This document shows, piece after piece, positions 24,114 to 32,000 of a DNA stretch of 32,000 nucleotides (the first letter of the stretch is position 1; each line of letters starts with the position of its first letter). The notes below the pieces were generated by a model, which saw only the letters and a list, made by a program, of their open reading frames with translations, did not search any database and had not been told where the DNA came from. The DNA comes from Ktedonobacterales bacterium (GTDB lineage Bacteria > Chloroflexota > Ktedonobacteria > Ktedonobacterales > JADMIN01). The position numbers and the translations under genes were made by a program. Location: NCBI GenBank assembly GCA_030167145.1, contig CP126532.1, positions 1,440,001-1,472,000 of the forward strand. The letters run 5' to 3'.

Positions 24114-26534
24114 ATGCAAACGACGACCACGGCGACCAAACCTCGTGCGCCCCACCGCAATTTCCTGGCAGGCGACGGCAGCACTCCCTGGCTGCGCTTG
24201 CTGCCCGAAGACGGCTGGCTCACGCTCGGCCTGCTCGTTGTGCTCGTCTACACCACCATCGCCAGCATCCAGGGCGCATGGCAGGTTTCCGGACTCGATA
24301 CCCTCACGCTGATGGGCTTCATCGGCCTACTCTTCGGCTATCTCGCCGTCCAGCAGGGACGCTTGCCCGGCGTGCTGGTCCACACGGTCCTCATCATTCT
24401 CGGTATCCTGATCGCCTTCAAGCAGACCGCCGATGCCGTCGTCGCCGGAGACCGCGGCCTCCTCTGGAAACACACCCGCGACTGGTTTCAGCAGGCCGTC
24501 ATCCAGCGCGGCGCCAGCAACGACAACACGGTCTTCCTGCTCTTCCTCGCCATCCTCAGCTTCTTGCTCGCCTACATCAGCGTCTGGCTCGTCCTGCATA
24601 CGCGGCGGCCCTGGCTCGCCGCCCTGGCCAACGGCATCGTGCTGATGATCAACCTCAATGCGATGTCCGACGACCGCGCGCTCTTCTTCCTTGTCCTCTT
24701 CGTGCTCACCATGCTCTTGCTGCTCGTCCGTTTCACCCTCGCCGAAAACGTGCGCCACTGGCGCATGCGCGGCCTGCGTTTCTCACCAGACCTCGGCTGG
24801 GACTTCATGCAGGCGGGCGCGATTTTTACTGTCGTTGTGCTGCTGTTGGCCTATCTCTTGCCGATGGGCGCGGCGAACAAGAGCATCCTCGACTACTGGA
24901 ACTCACCGCACAATCCCTGGCAAGCCATAGAATCCACCTGGCAAAATATCTTCAAGGGCGCTGGTGGCAACGGCAATGGCGGCAACGGCTACGGCTTCTT
25001 CGGCGATACCATCAAGCTGCAAGGCAAGGTCACGCTGCCCAAAGATGTCATCCTGCGCTACACCGTGCCTACCACCGGCGACGGTCTGCAATATCTGATG
25101 ACCGAGACCTACGACACCTACGACGGCGCCACCAACACCTGGACCAATAGCCAGACCCAGGCCAACAACTACAAAACGGGCGATGTTGAGCCGCTGTCGC
25201 CGGGTGTGGAAGAAGCCAACTACAAGACCGACACCTACGCCATCGTCTTCTCCTATGTCCAGGGCGGCCATCTCTTCTCCCCCGGCAGCGAGCCAGTCAC
25301 CTTCAGTGTGCCCGCCGTGGCCTCCGTCAGCTCCGCCGCCGGTGTGCCCGTCGCGTGGAACGCCAACGCCCCGATTACCTCCGGCACTACCTACTACTCA
25401 CAGGGCTACATCTCCACCGCCACCGAAGATCAGCTTCGCGCCGTGCCCTATCCCAACAGCCTGAACGGCACGGAGCGCGCGCAACTCTATCAGACGGATC
25501 TGCTCAACGAATACCTGCCCAATACCCCCATCCCGCAGGATGTGGCGCAGAAGGCGCTCGATGCCACCAAAGGCACGACCAATATGTACGACGCGGCGGT
25601 TCACCTGACCGACTATCTTCGCGTCTTCACCTATAGCCTGGATAATCCCAATCCGCCCCAGGGGCAGGATGCGATCTCCTGGTTCCTCAACTACCGCCAG
25701 GGTTTCTGCACCTACTTCGCCTCGGCGATGGCCATCATGGGCCGTTCGCTCGGCATGCCCACGCGCATCGTCGCGGGCTTCGCCCACGGTACTTACGATT
25801 CCGCCAGCCACAAATGGATCGTTCGCGGCACCGACTCACATGTCTGGACGCAGATCTACTTCGGCAAATACGGCTGGATTAACTTCGAGCCAACCTCCAG
25901 CTTCGATTCCTTCGCCCGCGCCATCCCTGGCACTGGCAATGGCACCCCAACGCCCACGGTCAATGGTGGCGGTGGCGGGCAGGCTTCGCCCGTTCCCACG
26001 CACGGCAAACTCCCGGATGACACCGGCCCGACCGGCCCACTGGGCACGACTGGCACTTCCTCGACGCTGGTGAGCGTCGGCCTGTTCATCAGCCTGCTCA
26101 TCATCTTCGCGCTGCTGTGCCTGTTCCTCTTCGCCACCTGGTGGCGGCTGATCTATCGCGGCCTCTCGCCCATCACTGCGGCATTTGCGCGGGTCACGCG
26201 GCTTGGCGCGTGGGCGGGCGCTCCCCCTGGCAGATCGCAGACCCCCGACGAGTACGCCGAACAATTGGGCCGGATTCTACCGGGGCAGCGGCGCACCTTG
26301 CAACGCCTGAGCGACATCTACGCCCGCGAGCGCTGGGGCGGTGGCCTGCGCGACGACGACAACGCCACCGTGTCCACGCTCTACGACGAGGTGCGCACCT
26401 CCGTCACCCCCATCATCTTCCGCCGCGCACGCCACCTGCCCGCCGCCCTGCTCGAACGTCTACGCCGCCTCACCCGTGGGCGCGCCACCAACCACAACGA
26501 CCGCACCAACCGCACCAACCACGACGACTGGTAG
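24114..26534 (+). CDS. Transglutaminase-like membrane protein (TgpA-like; N-terminal polytopic region, TGase core, C-terminal DUF4129-like)
   Basis: 806 aa. Cys-His-Asp core 'GFCTYFASAMAIMGRSLGMPTRIVAGF...GTDSHVWTQIYF...GWINFEPT'. Late TM helix 'LVSVGLFISLLIIFALLCLFLF'. Tail 'TPDEYAEQLGRILP...LSDIYARERWGG'. Confidence 0.88.
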   Translation: MQTTTTATKPRAPHRNFLAGDGSTPWLRLLPEDGWLTLGLLVVLVYTTIASIQGAWQVSGLDTLTLMGFIGLLFGYLAVQQGRLPGVLVHTVLIILGILIAFKQTADAVVAGDRGLLWKHTRDWFQQAVIQRGASNDNTVFLLFLAILSFLLAYISVWLVLHTRRPWLAALANGIVLMINLNAMSDDRALFFLVLFVLTMLLLLVRFTLAENVRHWRMRGLRFSPDLGWDFMQAGAIFTVVVLLLAYLLPMGAANKSILDYWNSPHNPWQAIESTWQNIFKGAGGNGNGGNGYGFFGDTIKLQGKVTLPKDVILRYTVPTTGDGLQYLMTETYDTYDGATNTWTNSQTQANNYKTGDVEPLSPGVEEANYKTDTYAIVFSYVQGGHLFSPGSEPVTFSVPAVASVSSAAGVPVAWNANAPITSGTTYYSQGYISTATEDQLRAVPYPNSLNGTERAQLYQTDLLNEYLPNTPIPQDVAQKALDATKGTTNMYDAAVHLTDYLRVFTYSLDNPNPPQGQDAISWFLNYRQGFCTYFASAMAIMGRSLGMPTRIVAGFAHGTYDSASHKWIVRGTDSHVWTQIYFGKYGWINFEPTSSFDSFARAIPGTGNGTPTPTVNGGGGGQASPVPTHGKLPDDTGPTGPLGTTGTSSTLVSVGLFISLLIIFALLCLFLFATWWRLIYRGLSPITAAFARVTRLGAWAGAPPGRSQTPDEYAEQLGRILPGQRRTLQRLSDIYARERWGGGLRDDDNATVSTLYDEVRTSVTPIIFRRARHLPAALLERLRRLTRGRATNHNDRTNRTNHDDW

Positions 26535-26569
26535 TGCTGTTCATGCCCGCTCGCTGTGATGCATAACAA

Positions 26570-26621
26570 ACGTGGGCGGAGCCGCGCAAAGAGTAGGGGC
26601 ATTGCGCGATTCCGCCCACGT
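26570..26621. terminator. Long compound hairpin between convergent genes (bidirectional terminator candidate)
   Basis: ACGTGGGCGGA (26570-26580) pairs with TCCGCCCACGT (26611-26621). Inner stem CGCGCAA/TTGCGCG. Lies between the TGase stop (26534) and the minus-strand stop (26654). Confidence 0.6.
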
Positions 26622-26653
26622 GAACGCCACGCAGCCGGGGCAGGAGACGCCAT

Positions 26654-26956
26654 CTAGCTGGCGGCCGGAGCGCTACGCGATTCGAGCGCCTCAATCGCGC
26701 GTGGCTGACGCGCGGTTGTGACGATCCAGTCAATGATCACGCCTACGAGGGCCGCTATCAGTGCGGTGATGGGATGGAAGCCGAGAAACGCTGGCCCCAG
26801 GGCGGGGAACAACGCCTCAGCGATCACCATCGCCGCGAACGGGTACGCCGCTACACGCCACGCCTGATGTGGAAGCTTGCCGAGCAGCAGATCGTACCAG
26901 AACACGCCAACGCCATATGCGAAGGCCACCATAAACAAGAATGTCGCAACTTGCAT
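26654..26956 (-). CDS. Small hypothetical membrane protein (about 3 TM)
   Basis: MQVATFLFMVAFAYGVGVFWYDLLLGKLPHQAWRVAAYPFAAMVIAEALFPALGPAFLGFHPITALIAALVGVIIDWIV.... TGGAGG lies 9 nt upstream of ATG (comp. 26954-26956). TTGCAC-18 nt-TATGAT boxes lie upstream on the minus strand (~27045-27074). Confidence 0.55.
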   Translation of the reverse strand: MQVATFLFMVAFAYGVGVFWYDLLLGKLPHQAWRVAAYPFAAMVIAEALFPALGPAFLGFHPITALIAALVGVIIDWIVTTARQPRAIEALESRSAPAAS

Positions 26957-27115
26957 TGAGCCATGCCTCCATGCTCCAAACCGTGAGAAGCCTGGTGTCT
27001 CCTGTCCCCGGCCAGTGGAGGCGCTCATGCCAGATACCGCGTCGTATCCAGTACGACATAATCATATCATATCGCGATGCGAATGTGCAACATACACCCG
27101 CCGCATCTATTCAAT

Positions 27116-28543
27116 TCATCCATCCGCGAAGAGGCGGCGATAGAGCTTGGTGCTGAGCAGGCCGTGGGGATCATACTCGTGCTTGCGGGCGGCGAACCGC
27201 GCCAGTGCGTCGGCATCGTACATGCGGCGGAACTGCGCAGCGGTGAGCGTGCTATCTTTGGCGAGATAGATCCGTCCGCCGTAATCGGCCACGATGTCGT
27301 TGAGGATGCCCAGCAGCGCCAGCAACCGCGTTTCCTGGCCGCGCCGCACGGGATAGTCCAACGCCAGCGAATAGCCGTCGCAGAGATAGGTGAGCAAGAA
27401 ATCATCGGGCCGGTGCTTCTTCAGCACCGCAAGCGAGGGCACAATGCCCGCGTGCTGCGAGCGCGTGAGCAACTCCTTGAACGCCTGCGCCGCCGCTTCG
27501 CGTGGCACAAAGCCCTGATGCTGGATCAACCCTCCCGGTTTATACGTGTCGCGCCAGTTGGGGATCGCATCAAGCACGAAGTTGGCGCGCGCGTAGGTTT
27601 CCAGATGGTATGCTCGTGCGTGCCGACGCTGCCCGCGGCTCCATTGCGCGCGATTCGCCCCCCAAACGCCCATCGGCGTCGTCATCGGGCGCGCTAGGCG
27701 CGGAATCAGGCCAGACGGCACAAGTCGCGCCAGGCTGGGCCGCACCTGCGCCGCAACCGAGAGTGTGCGCGCCGGGTGCGCGTCTTCGCCGGGGTGCAGG
27801 TCGCGTCCCACTTTGAGCAGCCCGCGCCCCAGATGCGCGCCCGTGGCGCTGGTATCCACCCAGGCGACGAGATCGCTCGCCCAGTACGTCGCTTCTTCGA
27901 GTCCCGCCAGCAGCGCGTCGAGCGAGCCATAGGGCCGCTGTGCTTCGGCAACCAGACCCGAAGAGATCCGCCGCGCCTGAAGCGTGAGTGACGTGAAACA
28001 TCCCAACAACCCCAGCCCACCAATCGCGGCGTAGAACAGGTCGGGGTTGCGCTCGCGTGAGCACGAAAGCATCTCGCCGCTGGGCAGCAACAGATCGAAG
28101 GCGCGCACGCAGTCGCCAAAGCTGCCGCTGCGCCAGTTGTTCTTCCCGTGGATGTCGGTGGAGGCCGCGCCGCCGATGGTGACGGCGCTCGCGCCAGGCA
28201 CGACGGCGGGCCACCAGCCATCGGGCAGCAGCTTCTGCCAGAGTTGCGCGATAGTCACGCCCGGCTCAACCGTCACCACGCCGCTCTCAGGATCCCATGC
28301 CAGGATGCGATTGAGCGCCGTCGTGTTGAGCGTCACATCGTCGTTGAGCGCCGTGTCGCCGTAGCTATTGCCGCCGCCGCGCAGGCTGATCGTGCCACCC
28401 GCCGCGCCAACCCCGGCGAAGAGCGCGGCGACCTCGTTCACGTTGCGCGGCGTGGCGACGCGGCTGCGCGTGCGGTGGCGCAGTCCCCAGCCAGTAAGCT
28501 GTTCCTCGGTCAAGCGCGGCGCTGGCGTCATCACATCTGCCAT
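27116..28543 (-). CDS. FAD-binding oxidase, DprE1-like (decaprenylphosphoryl-beta-D-ribose 2'-oxidase family)
   Basis: 'LTGWG', 'LRGGGNSYGD', 'TIGGAASTDIHGKNNWRSGSFG' and 'YGGRIYLAKDS' match the DprE1 pattern. GGGAG lies 8 nt upstream of ATG (comp. 28541-28543). An alternative ATG is at 28558. Confidence 0.85.
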   Translation of the reverse strand: MADVMTPAPRLTEEQLTGWGLRHRTRSRVATPRNVNEVAALFAGVGAAGGTISLRGGGNSYGDTALNDDVTLNTTALNRILAWDPESGVVTVEPGVTIAQLWQKLLPDGWWPAVVPGASAVTIGGAASTDIHGKNNWRSGSFGDCVRAFDLLLPSGEMLSCSRERNPDLFYAAIGGLGLLGCFTSLTLQARRISSGLVAEAQRPYGSLDALLAGLEEATYWASDLVAWVDTSATGAHLGRGLLKVGRDLHPGEDAHPARTLSVAAQVRPSLARLVPSGLIPRLARPMTTPMGVWGANRAQWSRGQRRHARAYHLETYARANFVLDAIPNWRDTYKPGGLIQHQGFVPREAAAQAFKELLTRSQHAGIVPSLAVLKKHRPDDFLLTYLCDGYSLALDYPVRRGQETRLLALLGILNDIVADYGGRIYLAKDSTLTAAQFRRMYDADALARFAARKHEYDPHGLLSTKLYRRLFADG

Positions 28544-28644
28544 CGCGATCACTCCCATCGTCTCGTGTGCTTTATTGGTCTATTGTGGACGATGCGACAG
28601 CGTATGGCAAAGGACTTTTGTCGCAGACGGCGCGTGGGGGCGTT

Positions 28645-29433
28645 CTAGATCGGCAAGCGCGGCATCAGCGCGGCGGGGATCGCTCGAATCACAGCCATAA
28701 TCAGCCGCCAGTAGCCGGGGATGTAGGCCACGGTAGGTCCGCGTTCAGCCAGATCGGCGATGCGCGCGGCGGCCACATCGGCAGAGATGACCAGCGGCTT
28801 CGGCAGCTTCGCGCCCGCCGTCATCGGCGTCGCCACATAGCCCGGCTTGGCCGTCACCACACGCACACCGCTGCCCGCCAGCCGGTAGCGCAGCGACTCC
28901 AGATAGGTGCTCAGCGCCGCCTTCGAGGCCATATAGGCGCTGTTGCCCTTGCGGCCACGGTCCCCCGCAACAGATGAAATGCCGATGATCGTGCCGCGCC
29001 CGATACGCTGGAACGTCGCGGCGGCCATCGCCAGCCAGCGTATCGCGCCGGTGAAGTTGGTTTCGAGCATCGCGCGCTCGTCGTCGAAGCTCCACACGCC
29101 CTGTTCTGGTTCGGGCATCACGCCGGCGGCATAGATGACGAGCCGCAGTTCACTGCCTGCCGCGCCCAGGTCATGCCGTATCTGATCGAAGAGCGCCGGG
29201 GCGGCGGCATAGTCGCGTACATCATGTGGATAGGAGTAGGCGACTGGGCGATCTGCCAGAGCGGCGGTGTTGATGCGCGCGCAGAGCTGTGTCAGCGCAT
29301 CCGCATTGCGCGCGACCAGCGCCAGCGTATAGCCACGCGCGGCCAGGGTGCGGGCCAGCGCGGCGCCCATGCCGCTCGATGCGCCGATAATCAGCGCGCC
29401 TGGCCGTTCAGCGCGAATCTCCGGCGTCTTCAT
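28645..29433 (-). CDS. SDR, DprE2-like (decaprenylphospho-erythro-pentofuranosid-2-ulose 2-reductase family)
   Basis: 'ALIIGASSGMGAALA' and 'YMASKAALSTYLESL' (YxxxK). The C-terminal 'RLIMAVIRAIPAALMPRLPI' tail resembles the DprE2 tail. Adjacent to the DprE1-like gene. Confidence 0.82.
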   Translation of the reverse strand: MKTPEIRAERPGALIIGASSGMGAALARTLAARGYTLALVARNADALTQLCARINTAALADRPVAYSYPHDVRDYAAAPALFDQIRHDLGAAGSELRLVIYAAGVMPEPEQGVWSFDDERAMLETNFTGAIRWLAMAAATFQRIGRGTIIGISSVAGDRGRKGNSAYMASKAALSTYLESLRYRLAGSGVRVVTAKPGYVATPMTAGAKLPKPLVISADVAAARIADLAERGPTVAYIPGYWRLIMAVIRAIPAALMPRLPI

Positions 29434-29436
29434 GTG

Positions 29437-29997
29437 CTAAGCGTAGCGGCGCGCAGCGGGCCGCGCCGATCTTGCCGGTGGCGCGTAGCGCCCCGCATTC
29501 GCGGGTGCGGTGGCGGCTGTGCGCGTGGCAAACTGTTCCGTAAACCAGCGTTCCACAGCCTGCGCGCGGTACTGCGCCTTCTCAGAGCCTTTGATCTCGT
29601 TGCACTTGCGGTGCGCGGGCACGAGATTGTGCGCGGCGTGTTCGCCGCCATCGGCGAGGGCCATCTTATGGTCGAACGAGAGGTCGTTCAGGGTGACCGG
29701 TTCGTGGCAAATGTCGCAGAGCCAGCGGCCCTGCGCGTCGGCGGACCGGTCGAGGATGTGCGCCAGATCCACCGCGCGCACCGAGCCATTGACGCCCCGC
29801 CTGCGTGCGCCGCTATTCAGGCGCAGGGCGCGCCGCTTCACGATGTCAATCATCCAGTCGTCGAAGGTCGCGGGCCAGGCGAGCGGCTCAGCATAGTGTG
29901 CCGGAGCTACCGGACGGGAGCCGCGTTGCGCGGCGCGTCGGGGCGCGGGAGCAGGCTTCGCCGTCGTGCGATGCGCGCCAGTGGTTGGGCGCGCCAT
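29437..29997 (-). CDS. HNH endonuclease domain protein with a Pro/Ala/Arg-rich N-terminus (start uncertain; ORF open to 30402)
   Basis: C-terminal 'CDICHEPVTLNDLSFDHKMALADGGEHAAHNLVPAHRKCNEIKG' gives the CxxC...DH...N...HxxC HNH/zinc pattern. The stop TAG (29437-29439) is 3 nt from the DprE2-like ATG. I used the first in-frame ATG upstream of the conserved part (comp. 29995-29997). Confidence 0.6.
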   Translation of the reverse strand: MARPTTGAHRTTAKPAPAPRRAAQRGSRPVAPAHYAEPLAWPATFDDWMIDIVKRRALRLNSGARRRGVNGSVRAVDLAHILDRSADAQGRWLCDICHEPVTLNDLSFDHKMALADGGEHAAHNLVPAHRKCNEIKGSEKAQYRAQAVERWFTEQFATRTAATAPANAGRYAPPARSARPAARRYA

Positions 29998-30567
29998 GGG
30001 CGACGGTGCGCGCGAGGGAACAGATGTCACACGGGGGGCATGTGCGGCGCGGCGCGGACGCGGCGCAGCCGCAACAGATGCAACAGCCGGAATAGGCGCG
30101 CTGGGCGCGAGGTCGTCGGCCTTAGTGGCACGCGGCAACGGGGAAAGAATCGCTGGATGATCGGGCCATGCGCTCCAGGTTGTCCAGGAATGCGCCGAGG
30201 GAACGCCAGAATCGAAACGAACGATAACACTTCCAGGGGGCTGCTGTGCTAGATACCCACCAGAACCGGGATCGGGCCGCCTGGCCCAATCAGGGGAAAA
30301 CGTACTCAAATTGTCAAACTCTCCGCTTCTCCCACGCGCATCAGGAATCTTCCTGTCAATCGCGCGTGGTTGGAATATACAGGTGCAAACGTGTGGTAGC
30401 AAGGGTGCGCCCGCTCACAGCGGTCTCGCGGCTTCCTCTTCCCAAACCGCGCCGACCGGCGCGCGCGCAACCAACCTTATCTACCCCCTTAGTATGCCCC
30501 AGCCGCGCTATCCTGTCAAGTTACTTCACATAAATAGGCTATGGCCGCCCATCGGGCCGAGCGCCAC

Positions 30568-30772
30568 GCTTCCTCCTCCCCTTCCCGTGTTGGAGTCACA
30601 TGCGACCGCACTCCCCTTCCCTCGTAGGGCAAGCGAAGCGCAGCCCCTCCGAGCCGTTCCGAAGAGGGGCGTCCGGTGGACGCCCGTCCGGTCGAGAGTT
30701 AGGCCTTCTCCTCCTCCCATTCCCACGTAGGGGCGTCCGGTAGGCGCCCGCACAGTCGAGGGTTAGGTCCGC
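30568..30772. repeat. Array of three degenerate units: CT-rich box + GTAGGGGC hairpin + GTCGAGRGTTAGG (family 2 REP-like)
   Basis: CT boxes at ~30570-30590, 30611-30625 and 30706-30727. 'aggggcgtccggtggacgcccgtccggtcgagagttaggcc' (30665-30705) versus 'aggggcgtccggtaggcgcccgcacagtcgagggttaggtcc' (30729-30770). Hairpin GGGCGTCC-ggt-GGACGCCC. Confidence 0.55.
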
Positions 30773-30795
30773 CATTTCCCGCCGTTCGCCGCGCA

Positions 30796-30804
30796 TGCTA
30801 TACT
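30796..30804 (+). promoter_or_regulatory. Extended -10 box (TGCTATACT) immediately upstream of the scpB ORF
   Basis: TG at 30796-30797 and TATACT at 30799-30804. The first ATG of the scpB ORF is at 30811, 6 nt after the hexamer. No clear -35 box. Confidence 0.35.
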
Positions 30805-30810
30805 CGCTGT

Positions 30811-31599
30811 ATGGCACGCACCAGACGCGATGCGCACACCACGCGCGACAACCACGACAACACTCCCAACAATACCACGGCCACGGCCAGCGCTCCGGGG
30901 CAAGTGGCGCTACCGTTGGACGGCGCGGCTACCGCCCTGCCCGCAAGCATGCTCTCGCTGGAGCAACTCCGCTCGGCGCTCGAAAGCGTGCTCTTCATCG
31001 CCGGACGCCCATTGCAGATGAGCGAACTGCGCCGCCTGCTGCCAGTCGAAGACCGGCGGCTACGCGAGGCGCTGGCCTCGCTGGCCGAGGAGTGCGAGCG
31101 CAATGCGCGCGGCATTCGCGTGCAGCGCATGGACGACGCCGTGCAACTGGTCTCCGCGCCGGAGAACGCCCGCTTCGTCGCCGCGCTCCTGGGGCTGCCA
31201 ACGCAAGCCAAGCTCACCACCGCCGCCCTCGAAACGCTGGCCGTCGTCGCCTATCGCCAGCCCATCACCCGTTCGCAGATCGAATTCATTCGCGGCGTCA
31301 ATAGCGATCGCGCGCTCAGCAGCCTGCTGCAATACGGCCTGGTGCAGGAGGTGGGCCGCGCCGCCACCGTTGGCCGTCCGGTGCTCTTCGGCACCACCCT
31401 AGAGTTCTTGCAGCAGTTCGGCCTGCCCAGCCTCGAAGCCCTCCCCAAGCCCGAATCGCCAGAGCTGCAAGCGATAGAACAGCAGCGCGCGGCAGCCGCC
31501 CAGCGCGTCCGCGCCGCGGTCGGCGACGACGAGCGCCCACCCGCGCCACCAGCGCTACCCACGGCATCCCTGGATTCCCCCGAACCAGGTGGAGATTGA
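30811..31599 (+). CDS. scpB: Segregation and condensation protein B
   Basis: 'LESVLFIAGRPLQMSELRRLL' and 'LETLAVVAYRQPITRSQIEFIRGVNSDRALSSLLQYGLVQEVGR...GRPVLFGTT..FLQQFGL' form the ScpB winged-helix pair. The N-terminal 46 aa are low-complexity; an alternative ATG is at 30949. Confidence 0.88.
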   Translation: MARTRRDAHTTRDNHDNTPNNTTATASAPGQVALPLDGAATALPASMLSLEQLRSALESVLFIAGRPLQMSELRRLLPVEDRRLREALASLAEECERNARGIRVQRMDDAVQLVSAPENARFVAALLGLPTQAKLTTAALETLAVVAYRQPITRSQIEFIRGVNSDRALSSLLQYGLVQEVGRAATVGRPVLFGTTLEFLQQFGLPSLEALPKPESPELQAIEQQRAAAAQRVRAAVGDDERPPAPPALPTASLDSPEPGGD

Positions 31600-31608
31600 G
31601 CAACGCCC

Positions 31609-32000
31609 ATGGACGGCATACTCAACATCAACAAACCAGCGGGGATGACCTCGCACGATGTCGTCGCCCGCGTGCGGCGGCTCGCGAAGCAGAAGCGCGT
31701 CGGCCACGCGGGCACGCTCGATCCGCTGGCGACCGGCGTGCTGCTGGTCTGCCTGGGCCAGGCGACGCGCGTAGCCGAATACCTCACCGAGAGCGGCAAG
31801 ACCTATCGCGCCACCGTGCGCTTCGGCATCGAAACCGACACCTATGACGCCGAGGGCGCAGTGGTCGCCGAAGTCCCAGTAGCGTTCGATCTGGCAGACA
31901 TCACCGCCGTGCTGCCAGAGTTTCTTGGCGAGCAGATGCAGCTACCGCCGATCTATTCCGCCATCAAGCGCGACGGCCAGCCACTCTATAAGCTGGCCCG
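31609..32000 (+). CDS. truB: tRNA pseudouridine(55) synthase, N-terminal part (runs off window)
   Basis: Absent from the ORF track because there is no stop in the window. My translation: MDGILNINKPAGMTSHDVVARVRRLAKQKRVGHAGTLDPLATGVLLVCLGQATRVAEYL...YSAIKRDGQPLYKLA, with the catalytic 'GHAGTLDP' motif. Confidence 0.92.
   Translation, partial: MDGILNINKPAGMTSHDVVARVRRLAKQKRVGHAGTLDPLATGVLLVCLGQATRVAEYLTESGKTYRATVRFGIETDTYDAEGAVVAEVPVAFDLADITAVLPEFLGEQMQLPPIYSAIKRDGQPLYKLA

Noticed and set aside
29173-30252. 359-aa plus-strand ORF overlapping the DprE2-like and HNH genes
   Set aside because: Arg/Ala/Gly-rich nonsense composition, antisense to genes with clear motifs, and no SD.
30568-30772. 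CRISPR array
   Set aside because: The repeats are degenerate, few (2-3), of unequal length and not separated by uniform unique spacers. No cas genes are in the window.

Overview
High-GC bacterial chromosomal window with strong GC3 bias. I support 28 protein genes and found no rRNA, tRNA, CRISPR array, transposase or integrase. Most of the window is housekeeping: a partial FAD oxidoreductase divergent from a GT-C glycosyltransferase (1-3157); sdhCDAB (3437-6942) behind a near-consensus sigma70 promoter; a DHFR-like/AraC pair; a trans-sulfuration PLP enzyme; adenosine deaminase; a MOSC protein; an APH-like kinase; an M24 peptidase; a MoxR-DUF58-transglutaminase triad (21828-26534); a DprE2/DprE1-like epimerase pair (27116-29433); scpB and the 5' part of truB. 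The 10.0-15.2 kb stretch looks accessory. Two 94-bp direct repeats exactly 2450 bp apart each carry an extended -10 box, a 10-bp palindrome and an 18-bp hairpin, and they bracket a secreted 'WTGTDxxHHLNV'-repeat protein gene plus an SDR gene. Next to the right-hand repeat, in a visibly AT-richer patch, an 89-aa ORF is coupled by an ATGA overlap to a TIR::FGE-sulfatase (SUMF1-like) fusion protein. That fusion keeps the TIR catalytic Glu but lacks the FGE catalytic cysteines. This pair is my best candidate for an undescribed conflict/defence-type system. Other items worth a second look: an HNH nuclease ORF ending 3 nt before the DprE2-like start; a ~580-bp ORF-free, repeat-bearing region upstream of moxR; two families of REP/MITE-like intergenic elements, one sitting inside the sdh operon; and a possibly leaderless scpB. 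Taxon cannot be determined here. Gene content and the repeat style fit a high-GC terrabacterial lineage such as filamentous Chloroflexota, but this is a weak inference.
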